From NCBI GenBank assembly GCA_963751345.1, contig CAVVUS010000032.1, forward strand, positions 26,271 to 90,270: a stretch of 64,000 nucleotides of DNA, in the 5' to 3' direction. How positions within the stretch are numbered: position 1 is the stretch's first letter; every line of letters starts with the position of its first letter. Made by a program: the position numbers and the translations under genes. The notes under the pieces are model-generated. The model did not search any database, had not been told where the DNA came from, and saw only the letters and a list, made by a program, of their open reading frames with translations. Shown here in pieces: positions 12,741 to 23,166 of the stretch. This stretch comes from an uncultured Chloroflexia bacterium. GTDB lineage: Bacteria; Chloroflexota; Anaerolineae; B4-G1; SLSP01.

Positions 12741-13751
12741 CTACGCGAAGAGCGCCCCACTCTGGTTTCTCCTCGGCGAGGAAAAACAGAGTGTCCGGCT
12801 ATGCCCCAGCACCGCCAGCCCCTCCACACGCCCCGGCGCATTCTTCCCTGCCGCCTCGGTCCCGGCGACGACGTCATGCCCTGCCACGATGTAGGCGTGC
12901 GCCAGGTTTGGCGTGTTGTGAGCGAACCCCACCCGCCCCTCCCGATCGATGAGGATCACGCCGCCATAGCCGCGGACGCGACCCCAGAGCCGCGCAATGG
13001 CCTGGTCGGCGGCCTGCTGCGCCGTCTGTCCCGCTGACATGAAGTCCACCGCCGTCTTGCTCGTCACGATTCGCATCAGCGACTCACCCGACCCCGTTGC
13101 TGCCGCGGCCCCCGCCTCGTCATCCGCGTACCCACCGCAGCCCACCAGCGGGGAGTCCCCCACCCGGCCCGGCCACTTATCCGGTGTGCCACCCGTCGAG
13201 GTCGCCACCGCGAGGTGCCCGTCGCCGTCCAGCGCAACCGCACCGACGGTGTCGCCCAGGCGCATCCCGCTTCCCGGCCCCAGACCCGCTGCTGCAGCCG
13301 GCGGCGCCCATCCGCCGGTATCGGGCCGCCCGAGCAGCTCCTCCGGGTCGCACAGCTCCATGCCCAGGTCCACCGCCAGAGCCTCGGCGCCCGGCCCTAC
13401 GACGAACCGGTGCGCGCAGTGCTCCATCACCTGCCGCGCCAACGTGATGGGATGCCGGATTCGCTCGACCGCAGCGACCGCACCGAAGTCGAGCCGGTGC
13501 CCGTCCATAATGATGGCGTCGAGCTGCACCCGCCCCTCTCGGTTCAGATAGCTGCCACGCCCCGCGTCGTAGGCGGGGTTGTCCTCCAAGAGTCTCACCG
13601 CCACCTCGACGGCGTCGAGCGCCGATCCGCCCCTCGCCAGAAGGGCCCATGCCGCCGATGCCGCTTCGCGGCACCCCTCCATGTGAAGCTCTCGCTGCTC
13701 CTCGGGGATATACCACGCACCCCCGTGCACAATAATGGCCGGTTGTCCCAA
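12741..13751 (-). CDS. iaaA: Isoaspartyl peptidase/L-asparaginase (Ntn hydrolase)
   Basis: IIVHGGAW, DTVGAVA (catalytic Thr), ATSTGG, GRVGDSP; TTG start after GAGGT. Confidence 0.9.
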   Translation of the reverse strand: MGQPAIIVHGGAWYIPEEQRELHMEGCREAASAAWALLARGGSALDAVEVAVRLLEDNPAYDAGRGSYLNREGRVQLDAIIMDGHRLDFGAVAAVERIRHPITLARQVMEHCAHRFVVGPGAEALAVDLGMELCDPEELLGRPDTGGWAPPAAAAGLGPGSGMRLGDTVGAVALDGDGHLAVATSTGGTPDKWPGRVGDSPLVGCGGYADDEAGAAAATGSGESLMRIVTSKTAVDFMSAGQTAQQAADQAIARLWGRVRGYGGVILIDREGRVGFAHNTPNLAHAYIVAGHDVVAGTEAAGKNAPGRVEGLAVLGHSRTLCFSSPRRNQSGALFA

Positions 13752-13909
13752 GATGACCTCCGAAGGTGATGTCGTTGTGTGGCGCCCATTATAACCCATC
13801 GGAGTCGACCGCGGCCCGTGCATCTTGCCTTCTCCTCACCCGATGGCACAATACGCCGCGGGACGGAGCACCCACCGTCGATTCTGCAGAACCACAAAAG
13901 GAACCTACC

Positions 13910-15899
13910 ATCAACCGCAGAGCCACAACCCTGATCGCTGCCCTGATCCTCCTGGTCGCCGCCTTCCTCCGGCTGGGGGCGTTCCAGGAGGCGTTGGTCG
14001 GCGCGGATCAGAGCTCGATCCTCGCGTCTGCCGCCGATATCGCCGCGCTGCGCGATTTTCCCCTCGTGGGTATGAAATCGTCCGTCGGCGTGATGCAGAC
14101 GGCTGCCGTGGCCTATCTGGCCGCCCTGCCGCTCCTGCTGGTCCATCGCGTGATCGCGATTCGCTGGTTCTTCTCCGTCATCGACCTGCTCGCCCTCGCC
14201 TTCCTCTATCGCGCCGTGGGGCGGACCTTCGGGCGCCGGGCCGGGCTGATCGCCGCGCTGCTCGTCGCCACGAGCCCGTGGCTGATCGAGTTCAACCGCT
14301 GGATCTGGTACCAGACCCTGATCTCGACCTTCGCCACCATCGCCTTCTCAGCACTCCTCCTGACGCTGCGGAACAGGACGAGCGACCGGCCTGCACTCAT
14401 CGCCCTTGCGATGTGCGCCGCAACCTTGATGGGCTTGGTCCATCTCGCGTCGTTGCCCTGGGCAGCCGTGCTCTGGCTGCTGGCGCTCGCCGTCGTATGG
14501 CGACGACGGTGGTGGGGCGCGGCGGCTGCCGGCGCCCTCGCCAGCCTCACGATCGCGGCCCCCTATGCCAACTTCCTGATCCGCAGCCACTTCACCGACG
14601 TGGTCACGATCCTGGCGGATGGCGCTTCGGAGGGCTCGACCTGGAACTGGTCAACGTACCGTCTGACCCTTGAGCTTCTCACGGGGCGCCAGGTCCTTGA
14701 GACACCTCACAACCCGCTGTGGTCCCAGTCCGTCCTACACGCGGACGCCCTGATGAGCGTGATCCCGGTCCTGCTGATCGCGGCGGTCGTCGTCGCCCTC
14801 TGGCAGATCGCGACCGACGCCGGACGCCGCCGGGCCTATCTCTTCGTCCTCGCCTGGTCGGTGCTCGCGCCAACGCTCTTCCTGAGGAGCGGCGTCCATC
14901 TCCAGCACTTCTACCTGCTCTTCGTCTTCCCCGCGCCCTACGTGCTCATCGCGGCGGCGCTGGGTCGCGGCCTGCGACAGACCTCTGGGGCAAGCCCGAG
15001 TCTGCTCGTACCCTTCAGGGCACTCGGGCCGGAAACCCCAAAGGTCTCAGCTCGCGTGGGCCAGTTCGATCCGGAGGACTCTCTCTCTCGTTGCGCTCGG
15101 CGCCGTGCTGTTGCTCTCCGCGTGGTGGACGTCGCTCTGGGTCGTGCGCATCGGTTACGAGCAGCAGGGCATGCTGCGCGCGACGACGCGGGCGTGGCTG
15201 ATGGATGAGACGGTGTCAACCGTCTCGGATCTTCTGGCGGCAGACCCCACCCGGCAGGTGATCATCCTGACGCACTTCGGCACCGGCGAGCTCTCCCCCT
15301 TCGATTGGGTGCGCAACTTCGTGGGCAGCGACCGTGTGCGTGTTGTACCCGGCGAGACCGGGCTGATCGTGCCTGCCGCCGAAACCTGCTACCTCATCGG
15401 CGACCGGGCAAGCATCGACGCCCTGGATCCCGTGGCGATGCGACTCACACCGCGGCCCGATCTCACGATTCCCGCGGAACCGCCATGGCCCTTCTACTGC
15501 GTTCCGCCCCGCCCACCCCTGAGCGAACCCCTGGCAACCTGGCAGAACGGGCTGAGCCTCCTCCAGAGCGACCGGACCGGCGACTTGGTCCCCGGCGGGC
15601 ACCTTGACCTGGTCTACACGTGGCACTATCGCGCCCTCCAGAAGCGCGAGTACCACTTCTTCACCCATCTGCTCCTGGATGGCACCCTCGTGGCGCAGAT
15701 CGACGGCGCCGGCATCCCCACCCGCTACTGGCGCGACGACGACGTCTTCGTCACGCGCTTCACGCTCGACCTGCCCGCCGATCTGCAGCCGGGCGCCTAT
15801 CGCCTGGTCGTCGGGGCTTACACCTGGCCCGACGTCGTCCGCATCCCCCTCGACGATGCCCGCGATGGCTACGACCTCGCCCACTGGGATCTTCCGTAG
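13910..15899 (+). CDS. GT-C (ArnT/PMT-like) membrane protein with C-terminal Ig-like domain; frameshift near 15090; start uncertain
   Basis: AAFLRL, many TM helices, ATSPW..FNRWIW, C-terminal FFTHL..VAQID.....T..W..D. Confidence 0.7.
14979..15047. repeat. AGACCT(T/C)TGGGG...CCCCAAAGGTCT element inside a CDS
   Basis: Matches the intergenic copy at 34849-34899 plus an extra inner GTACCCTTCAGGGCAC hairpin; 69 bp, in frame. Confidence 0.8.
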
Positions 15900-15958
15900 C
15901 TGAGGCGAAGCCCCCTCGAACGCGTGAACCGCGGTCAGACGAGCTGATCTTTGGGGTT

Positions 15959-16050
15959 TGTAGTAACGACTTCAGTCGTTCCGCTGCCTCAGAAGGCGCG
16001 TCCAGCAGACTGGGCGGCGGCAGAACCGATGAATCGGTTACTACGAACCA
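15959..16050. repeat. REP-like inverted pair GTAGTAACGACTTCAGTCGTT / AACCGATGAATCGGTTACTAC
   Basis: Inverted arms visible between convergent genes. Confidence 0.7.
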
Positions 16051-16090
16051 ACTTAACCGACCGCTAGCCCCATTAATGGGGCGCTGCATG

Positions 16091-16336
16091 GTAGCCCGGC
16101 GACTTCATCGCCGGGCGGGCTCATCCATATGACGCCGTCACCGGGCAACCCCATCGCCGGGCGGGTTCATCCACATGACGCCGTCACCGGGCAACCTCAT
16201 CGCCGGGCGGGTTCATCCACATGACACCGTCGCCGGGCAACCTCATCGCCCGGCGGGTCCACCCACATAACGCCGTCACCGGGCAACCCCATCGCCGGGC
16301 TGACCCCGCCGTCACTGGGCAACCCCATCGCCGGGT
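16091..16336. repeat. 46-bp tandem array built from the CCGGGCAACCCCATCGCCGGG hairpin
   Basis: Units start at 16131, 16177, 16223 and 16269; the leading GTAGCCCGGCGACTTCATCGCCGGG is also at 56701 and 56870. Confidence 0.85.
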
Positions 16337-17813
16337 TGCTTCACCTCGAACGGCTCCGTCACTTGGCGCCTGCATCACCCGACGCCCCGCCGCTGACCGC
16401 TGAAAGCTGTACGCGCTCAGCGCCACAAACACGCCGACCACCAGGTTCACGTTGTTCACCAGCAGGTTGTCCACCAGGCTGTGCACGGCCAAATGCGTCC
16501 ACGCCCCCAGCAGCCCGATCGCCAGCGCACGGGACCAACCGTGCGCGCGTCGAAGCGCGACCACCAGGCCGACCACCAGCGTCCCCCACCAGGCGAGATA
16601 CGCCGTTAGGCCCACCAGCCCCGTCTCCGCGAGGAAGTTCAGATAGACGTTGTGCGCGTGGCCCAGCGCGATCGGCCAGTTGATCAACCGGTAAGCCGGA
16701 TAAGCGGGCTCGTAGCAGCCCAACCCCACCCCCAGCCAGAAGTGCGACCGCCACATCGCCAGCGCCGCCTGCCAGTGCGCCATCCGCTCGACGACCGCGA
16801 AATTGGCGTCCGTGATCCCGACGCCGCGCACGTCCTGGAACTGAGTGTACGAGAGGAATCCGGTCAGCCGGTTCACAATGGAGGCCGGGAGGCGCCCGGT
16901 GGCGTAGAGCCCCCCCACCAGCGCCACGGCGCCCACGACGAGGATCGCGCCCCAGGCGCTATGCCGCGGCAGGAAGACGGTCATGACCAACATTGCGGCA
17001 CCGAACCCCATCCACCCGCCGCGCGACCAGGAGGCCACCAGCGCCGCCACGGCGAGCGCCGCGGGCAGCGCGATCCAACCCGATCCCCGTATCGCGCGCC
17101 ATCCGCGCTGCCATCCGGTCCCCTCAGCCCCGCGCCAGGCGTCGACGGCTCTCGCTGCGGTGACCCCCACCAGCAGCGCCCCCGCCATCCCCATGAAGCC
17201 GGCGTAAGGATTGGGCTGCTCGAAGGTCCCATACGCCCGGAACAGGCGATCGTTGATGGCAAAGTGCTCGGCGACCGTCGTGCTCACGCCGAACTGCCAC
17301 AGCCCGATCAGCGCCTGCACCACCACCGATCCGCTCAGGAAACCCAGCAGCAGCACGACGGCCCGTCGCCCCAGTGCCTGCAGCCGGTCGTAGGCGATGA
17401 TCGCCACAACGAGGATCTCGGCCCACTTCACCCATTCCTGGAAGCCGACCCAGACGTCGACAGGGGACCACAGCGTGAGGAGTCCCACGCCCAGGAAGAT
17501 CCATAGTGGCGCAGCAAGGGGAACCCACGGCAGTCTGAGGTCGCGCCGCCAGAGGCCACGCGCGAGCCAGGCTGCCACCGTCAGCGCGAAGACGGCCTGG
17601 CCTGCCTGGGAGGCAGGTCCCGGCGCCGTACTCGCCAGGTACGCTCGGGAGGGGCCCACGATGAGCGCAATGCCGACCCCGGCCAGCGGCTCGACAAAGG
17701 TCACGCACGGCGACCCCCAGCCCGCCCACCGCGACGACCAGCAGCGTCAGCGGCGCCCGCGCGATGAGCAGCCCCAGCGCCAGCCCCACCAGCGCCAGGC
17801 CGCCGGGCAGCAC
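16184..17813 (-). CDS. O-antigen ligase (Wzy_C) family membrane protein; frameshift near 17705; start approximate
   Basis: RAYGTFEQPNPYAG, SWSRGGW, ERMAHW, GVGLG, HAHNVYL..LAETG. Confidence 0.85.
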
Positions 17814-17829
17814 CCAGGCGCCGGGGGCC

Positions 17830-18298
17830 CTACGAATAGTCGACCCAGTCCACCAGGGCAAGGTCGGCGTCATAGACAAACTTGGCCGTGAACATACCGC
17901 CCGCGGCGTCCAAGACGCGCGGCGCGAAGATCCGGTCGGCCTGCGGGATCTCCAATCGGTGGAAGTAGTCGTCCAGCGGCACCCACGCCAGCATTCCCTC
18001 ACGCAGATCGGGACGCAAGCTACCCTCGAAGTCGTGAGTCACGTAGACAAAGAGCATCCACTGCCAGTCAGGCAGCGGAGACACCTCGGTGCAGAACCCA
18101 CGCCAGACCAGGTCGTGCACCTCCAACCCCGTCTCCTCGGCCATCTCCCGTCGTGCCGCATCGTGCGGCGACTCGTCGAGCTCGATCTTACCGCCGGGCG
18201 CGATCCACAGCCCGAGGTTGGGCTCCTTGTTCCGGTGCATCAGCAGGACCTGCGAGCCTCTGCAGGGCGTAGACCAGCACGGTGGGGATGCGGGGCAT
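17830..18298 (-). CDS. NUDIX hydrolase (8-oxo-dGTP diphosphatase-like); frameshift near 18260
   Basis: Nudix box GGKIELDESPHDAARREMAEETGL. Confidence 0.85.
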
Positions 18299-19248
18299 CA
18301 GTCGAGCCCCAGCCGCCTGCGGAAGTAGTCGGTCGTCCGCCCCAGGCCGTCGCGAAGCGCGACCTGCGGCTCCCACCCCAGCGCCTCCCGCGCGATCGTG
18401 ATGTCGGGGCAGCGCTGCTTCGGGTCGTCCCGCGTGCGTTCGTCCTCCGGCACGATGAAGGTAAGCGTCGAGGCGCTCCCCGCGACGTCGATCACCAGCT
18501 TCGCAAAGTCCACGATCGTGATCTCCGTGGGGTTGCCGATGTTCACCGGCCCGTCGACCTCAGCCTCCATCAGCCGCACGATCCCGTCGACCAGGTCGGA
18601 TACGTAGCAGAATGCCCGCGTCCGACGTCCGTGATCGTAGACCGTCAGCGGCTCGCCTCGCAGCGCCTGCCCGATGAAGTTGGGGACCACGCGGCCATCG
18701 TCGGCCCGCATACGAGGGCCGTAGGTGTTGAAGATGCGCACGATCCGCGAGTCCACGCCGTGGTACCGGTGGTAGGCCATCGTCAGCGCCTCCGCAAAGC
18801 GCTTGCTCTCATCGTAGACGCCCCGCGGGCCTACGGGGTTCACGTTGCCCCAGTAGCTCTCGTCCTGCGGGTGCACCAGCGGGTCGCCGTAGACTTCCGA
18901 GGTGGACGCCAGCAGAAATCGGGCGCCCTTGGCCAGCGCCAACCCCAGCGTGTTGTGCGTCCCCAGCGCGCCAACCTTCAGCGTCTGGATCGGGAAGTTG
19001 AGATAGTCGACCGGGCTGGGCAGCGACGCCAGGTGTAGCACCATATCCAGCTCACCCGCCACGTAGATGTAGTGCGTCACGTCGTGGTTGATGAATAGGA
19101 ACCGCGGGTGTCCGGCGAGATGCGCGATGTTGTCGGTGCTCCCGGTCTTCAGGTTATCCATCGCGATGACGGTGTGCCCGTCCGCCAGGTACCGGTCGCA
19201 CAGATGCGAGCCGATGAACCCCGCCCCGCCGGTGATCAGAATGCGCAT
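18298..19248 (-). CDS. UDP-glucuronate decarboxylase (extended SDR)
   Basis: [42 protein letters not shown]. Confidence 0.9.
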   Translation of the reverse strand: MRILITGGAGFIGSHLCDRYLADGHTVIAMDNLKTGSTDNIAHLAGHPRFLFINHDVTHYIYVAGELDMVLHLASLPSPVDYLNFPIQTLKVGALGTHNTLGLALAKGARFLLASTSEVYGDPLVHPQDESYWGNVNPVGPRGVYDESKRFAEALTMAYHRYHGVDSRIVRIFNTYGPRMRADDGRVVPNFIGQALRGEPLTVYDHGRRTRAFCYVSDLVDGIVRLMEAEVDGPVNIGNPTEITIVDFAKLVIDVAGSASTLTFIVPEDERTRDDPKQRCPDITIAREALGWEPQVALRDGLGRTTDYFRRRLGLD

Positions 19249-19394
19249 AGGGTTGATCCCTCCTTGTAACTGCGGATGGGGCGATTATACTCCATCCGTT
19301 AGGTTGGACGAACCTTCTGAATTCGCCAATTCGGAAGATTGGTCCAATCTGGCACGGAGGAACCTTCGAAGGTTGAGAACCGTATGGAGACACC

Positions 19395-19925
19395 ATGGGA
19401 AAATCGCTACTATTGACGGGCTATCCCGGCATCGGGAAGACCACGATCATCCGGAAGGTCATCGAGGCCCTCGGGGACCGCGCGGGTGGTTTCTACACCG
19501 AGGAGATCAAGGGGCCCGGCGGGCGCCACGGTTTCAAGCTGATCACGTTGGCCGGCAGGGAGGCCGTTATGTCCCACAAGGACCTCGACGATCCCAAGAT
19601 ACCGAAGGTTGGGCGTTACGGTGTCGATGTCGGTGTCATCGATCGCATCGGCGTCAAGGCACTCCAACGTGCGATGGAGCAGGACAAGATCCTCATCGTC
19701 GACGAGATCGGCATGATGGAGCTCTTCTCACAGGCGTTCCAGGAGACGCTGATGCAGGCCTTCATGGGCCCCCACCACGTCATCGGCACGATCATGAGCA
19801 AGTCCTATCCCGAGGCTGACGCCTTCAAGCACCTCGCCCAAGTGGAGATCCGCGAGATCGACCGCCGCAACCGCGACGGCATGCCCGACCGCATCCTCAA
19901 GTGGGTCGCGGCGAACATCGGCTAG
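19395..19925 (+). CDS. Nucleoside triphosphatase (NTPase_1/THEP1 family)
   Basis: [31 protein letters not shown]. Confidence 0.9.
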   Translation: MGKSLLLTGYPGIGKTTIIRKVIEALGDRAGGFYTEEIKGPGGRHGFKLITLAGREAVMSHKDLDDPKIPKVGRYGVDVGVIDRIGVKALQRAMEQDKILIVDEIGMMELFSQAFQETLMQAFMGPHHVIGTIMSKSYPEADAFKHLAQVEIREIDRRNRDGMPDRILKWVAANIG

Positions 19926-20138
19926 TCCCGGGCCCCTCTGCCCGTGCAGTGCCTGGCACTTCCGCGCCGTCCGCGGCGCGAGTGCCTGGCACTTGGTCCC
20001 CAGATCCCCATCGCCCCATCCGTGTGATCCGTGACTATCCACTGTCTCCCACCGCCACGTGCAACCGCTGGGTGGTCGGCAGCGTATATACTGTCAGCGT
20101 ATATCCGAAATCCGACCGATTTCACAGTCACGCGAATC

Positions 20139-20149
20139 TATGCTACAAT
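20139..20149 (+). promoter_or_regulatory. Extended -10 promoter (TGcTACAAT) for the SPFH operon
   Basis: tatgctacaat about 45 nt before the ATG; AGGAGG RBS present. Confidence 0.5.
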
Positions 20150-20194
20150 CATAGGTGAATCAGGTCCAGCTAGGTACACCGCAGGAGGGATAGG

Positions 20195-20716
20195 ATGAGT
20201 CTGCTCGATAACGTCAAGGGCGAGATGTCCGGCTTTGAACAGCTGGTTGCCAAGATCCCCGGCTACAAGGGCTACAAGGAGAAGGAACAGCGGCGCGATG
20301 CGGACAAGATGCTGCGCGACCATATCGCGGCCCAGATGCGTACCGCCAAGCGGCAGCTCGATGCACTCCAGACGGATCTGATCTCCGCCGGAAAGCTCGA
20401 CCTGCTGGATGAGACAGGCAGCGCGGCGACCCAGATCCAGACCTTCATCGACCGGGTCAGGACCGCCCCCTACGGCTACGGCGGTCTCTTTGATGCCAGC
20501 CGCATCAAGGAGGACGACCTCGATCGAGTCTACGAGTTCGATGCAGCGTTGGTGAGCTACGCCGACCGCATTGAAGGAGCGATCTCCCGCGCACAAGAGG
20601 GCCTCGAAGGCGAGGACGTGCGCTCCCTGGTCTTGATGATCCGTGATCTCGGGCGAGAGGCGAACGCGACGTTTGATGAGCGCGCCGACGTCCTACGTGG
20701 TACGACGTCCCAGTAA
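20195..20716 (+). CDS. Conserved hypothetical alpha-helical protein
   Basis: Strong RBS, host-like codon usage, KIPGYKGY..KE.RRDADK.LR motif. Confidence 0.75.
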   Translation: MSLLDNVKGEMSGFEQLVAKIPGYKGYKEKEQRRDADKMLRDHIAAQMRTAKRQLDALQTDLISAGKLDLLDETGSAATQIQTFIDRVRTAPYGYGGLFDASRIKEDDLDRVYEFDAALVSYADRIEGAISRAQEGLEGEDVRSLVLMIRDLGREANATFDERADVLRGTTSQ

Positions 20717-20732
20717 ATGGAGGTAATGAGCG

Positions 20733-21854
20733 ATGACACGTGTTTTTGACATCATTGAGTACGTAGACGAGGGCCAGGACGAGATCGTTCACCGCTTTCC
20801 CGAGCGTGGGTCCGGCGACTTCCGTATCGGTAGCCAGTTGATCGTCCGGGAGTCCCAGGCCGCGGTCTTCTTCCGCGATGGCAAGGCCCTCGACACTTTC
20901 GGTGCCGGGCGTCACACCATCACCACCGCCAACGTCCCGCTGCTGGCCGACCTCATCGGCAAGGCCTTCTCGGGCCAGACGCCCTTCAAGGCCGAGGTCG
21001 ATTTCGTGACCACGCGCGAGCTCACGGACATGAAGTGGGGCACGCCGCAGCCGATCACGATCATGGACCCGATCCTGCGGATGGCGCGCGTCACGGGCTA
21101 CGGCACCTACGCGATCCAGGTCACCGACCCGCAGCTCTTCGTCGCCAAGATCGTCGGCACCCAGAACCTCTACCGCACGCGGGACATCCAGGGCTTCTTC
21201 CGCAGCATCATCCTGACCAAGATGATCGATCTCATCGGTGAGATGGGCAAGTCGATCATCCAGATGGCCGGCTTCGTCGAGGAGCTTGCGGCGGGCGTGC
21301 GCGCCAAGGCCGCCGAGGAGTTCGCCTCGCGTGGCGTGACGCTCAACTCGCTCTACATTGAGTCGCTCTCGCCCACCGAGGAGACCGCCAAGGCGATCGA
21401 CACCGCGGCATCGATGGGGGCCATCGGCGATATGGGCGCCTACATGCAGTACCAGGGGGCCCAGGCTATGGTCGAGGCCGCCAAGAATCCCGGCAGTGCA
21501 GCCAGCACGGGCGTAGGCTTGGGCGCCGGCGTGGGTTTGGGCGCGGCCATGGGCCAGATGTTCGGCCAGGCGGCGCAGCAGGGGCAGCAACAGCAGCAGG
21601 GCGGCGGTCAGGCCCAGAGCCAGTCCGGCGGCCCGCCTCCGCTCCCCCAGGCCCCGTCCTTCTACGTGGCCGCTGACGGCCAGCAGACCGGGCCGTTCGA
21701 TGCAGCAGCGCTGCAGCAGAAGATTCAGTCCGGCGAGATCACCCGCGACACCCTCGTGTGGAAGGCAGGCATGGCGGCCTGGACCAAGGCCGGCGATGTC
21801 GCTGACCTCAGCAGCCTCTTCACGGCCACCCCGCCTCCGCTCCCGCCGATGTAG
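20733..21854 (+). CDS. SPFH (YdjI-like) domain protein with C-terminal GYF_2/DUF4339 domain
   Basis: GSQLIVRESQAAVFFRDG, KWGT; tail GQQTGPF...TLVWKAGMAAW. Confidence 0.85.
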   Translation: MTRVFDIIEYVDEGQDEIVHRFPERGSGDFRIGSQLIVRESQAAVFFRDGKALDTFGAGRHTITTANVPLLADLIGKAFSGQTPFKAEVDFVTTRELTDMKWGTPQPITIMDPILRMARVTGYGTYAIQVTDPQLFVAKIVGTQNLYRTRDIQGFFRSIILTKMIDLIGEMGKSIIQMAGFVEELAAGVRAKAAEEFASRGVTLNSLYIESLSPTEETAKAIDTAASMGAIGDMGAYMQYQGAQAMVEAAKNPGSAASTGVGLGAGVGLGAAMGQMFGQAAQQGQQQQQGGGQAQSQSGGPPPLPQAPSFYVAADGQQTGPFDAAALQQKIQSGEITRDTLVWKAGMAAWTKAGDVADLSSLFTATPPPLPPM

Positions 21855-21893
21855 GCAGTGAGCTAACAGCGGTCAGCGATCAGCAGGAATAAG

Positions 21894-21950
21894 AAACACG
21901 GAGTAGGGAGTAAGCCCGCCAAGGGCTTCTCTCTACTCCGTGTTTGTTTG
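21894..21950 (+). terminator. Long hairpin, probable intrinsic terminator
   Basis: AAACACGGAGTAGGGAGTAAGCCC-loop-GGGCTTCTCTCTACTCCGTGTTT followed by T-rich sequence. Confidence 0.6.
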
Positions 21951-22149
21951 TCTGATCAAGAAGCTGCGTAGAGACGGCCGGTGGCACGTCTTCTGGCGGC
22001 GACATTGTCGGACCCGGCTGCTCTTCGTCGTGAGTACCCTAGCGTCGGCGATGCCGCTGCTACTCCGTAGACGTGCCGGCGGCCCGTCTCTCCACAGCGC
22101 TGCGGAGCAATCAGCTAGACAGCTACCCTATCCCTGATCCTCTTCTCCC

Positions 22150-23166
22150 TTACGGCAGAAACCGCTCCGCATAATGACACGCCACAGTGTGCCCCGGTCG
22201 CAGTTCCCGCAGCAGGGGGATGTCGACCGAGCAGTTCGGCTGCGCGATCGGGCACCGCGGATGAAAGCGGCACCCGCTCGGCGGATTGATCGGATTCGGG
22301 ATCTCCCCCTCGGGCATGGCCTCTGTCCGCCGCTCGTGCGGATTCGGCACCGGCACCGCCGCCAGCAGCGCCTGGCTGTACGGGTGGAGCGGATACGTGT
22401 ACAGCTCGCGCAGCTCCGCGATCTCCGCCATGAACCCCAGATACATGATTCCCACCCGATCACAGATGTACTTGGCCGTCGCCAGGTCGTGCGTGATGAA
22501 GAGATAGGTGAGATTCAGATCGCGCTTCAGCTCGTTCATCAGGTCGAGCAGCAGCGCCCGCACGCTCACGTCCGCCATCGCGATCGGCTCATCGGCCAGC
22601 ACCAGGTCGGGCCGCGTCACCAACGCCCGTGCGATAACTGCGCGCTGCCGCTGGCCACCGCTGGTCTGGTGGGGAAACTTGTTGTAGAAGTAGTTGGCGG
22701 GGGCGAGGCCGACCTTCTCCAGCATCTCCGTCACCGTATCCCGCCGCTCGTCACTGCTCATGTCCGGGAAGTGGATCTCCAGCCCGTAGCCGATCGACCG
22801 CCCCAGCGACATCCGCGGGTTGAGCGAGGCCATCGGGTCCTGGAAGATCACCTGCATGCGGCTGCGCAGCCGGCGCAGATCCCGCGCGCCTAGCTTGGTC
22901 AGGTTGATGCCGTCGAAGATGACATCCCCTTCAGTCGCCTTCGTGAGCCCCAGGGCCACCCGTCCCGTCGTCGTCTTCCCGCTGCCGCTCTCGCCGGCAA
23001 GGCCGAAGACCTCCCCGCGGCGGACGTTGAAACTCACCCCATCCACGGCACGCACAAAGCGCTGGCTGCCGCCCGTGAGCTGTCCCAGCAGCCCCTGCTG
23101 AACCGGAAACCACTTCTTGACGTCGCGGATCTCCAGGAGATTGTCCGTCGTTGGTGATTCGCTCAT
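22150..23166 (-). CDS. Peptide/nickel ABC transporter ATP-binding protein (OppF/DppF-like)
   Basis: GESGSGKTT, SGGQRQR, LADEP, HPYSQALL, GCRFHPRCP. Confidence 0.92.
   Translation of the reverse strand: MSESPTTDNLLEIRDVKKWFPVQQGLLGQLTGGSQRFVRAVDGVSFNVRRGEVFGLAGESGSGKTTTGRVALGLTKATEGDVIFDGINLTKLGARDLRRLRSRMQVIFQDPMASLNPRMSLGRSIGYGLEIHFPDMSSDERRDTVTEMLEKVGLAPANYFYNKFPHQTSGGQRQRAVIARALVTRPDLVLADEPIAMADVSVRALLLDLMNELKRDLNLTYLFITHDLATAKYICDRVGIMYLGFMAEIAELRELYTYPLHPYSQALLAAVPVPNPHERRTEAMPEGEIPNPINPPSGCRFHPRCPIAQPNCSVDIPLLRELRPGHTVACHYAERFLP

Noticed and set aside
13897-13912. Non-canonical ATC start codon after AAAGGA
   Set aside because: Plausible, but it could be a base error or the gene may use another start; not supportable from the sequence alone.
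16091-16336. CRISPR array
   Set aside because: The units are contiguous tandem copies with no unique spacers, and there are no cas genes.
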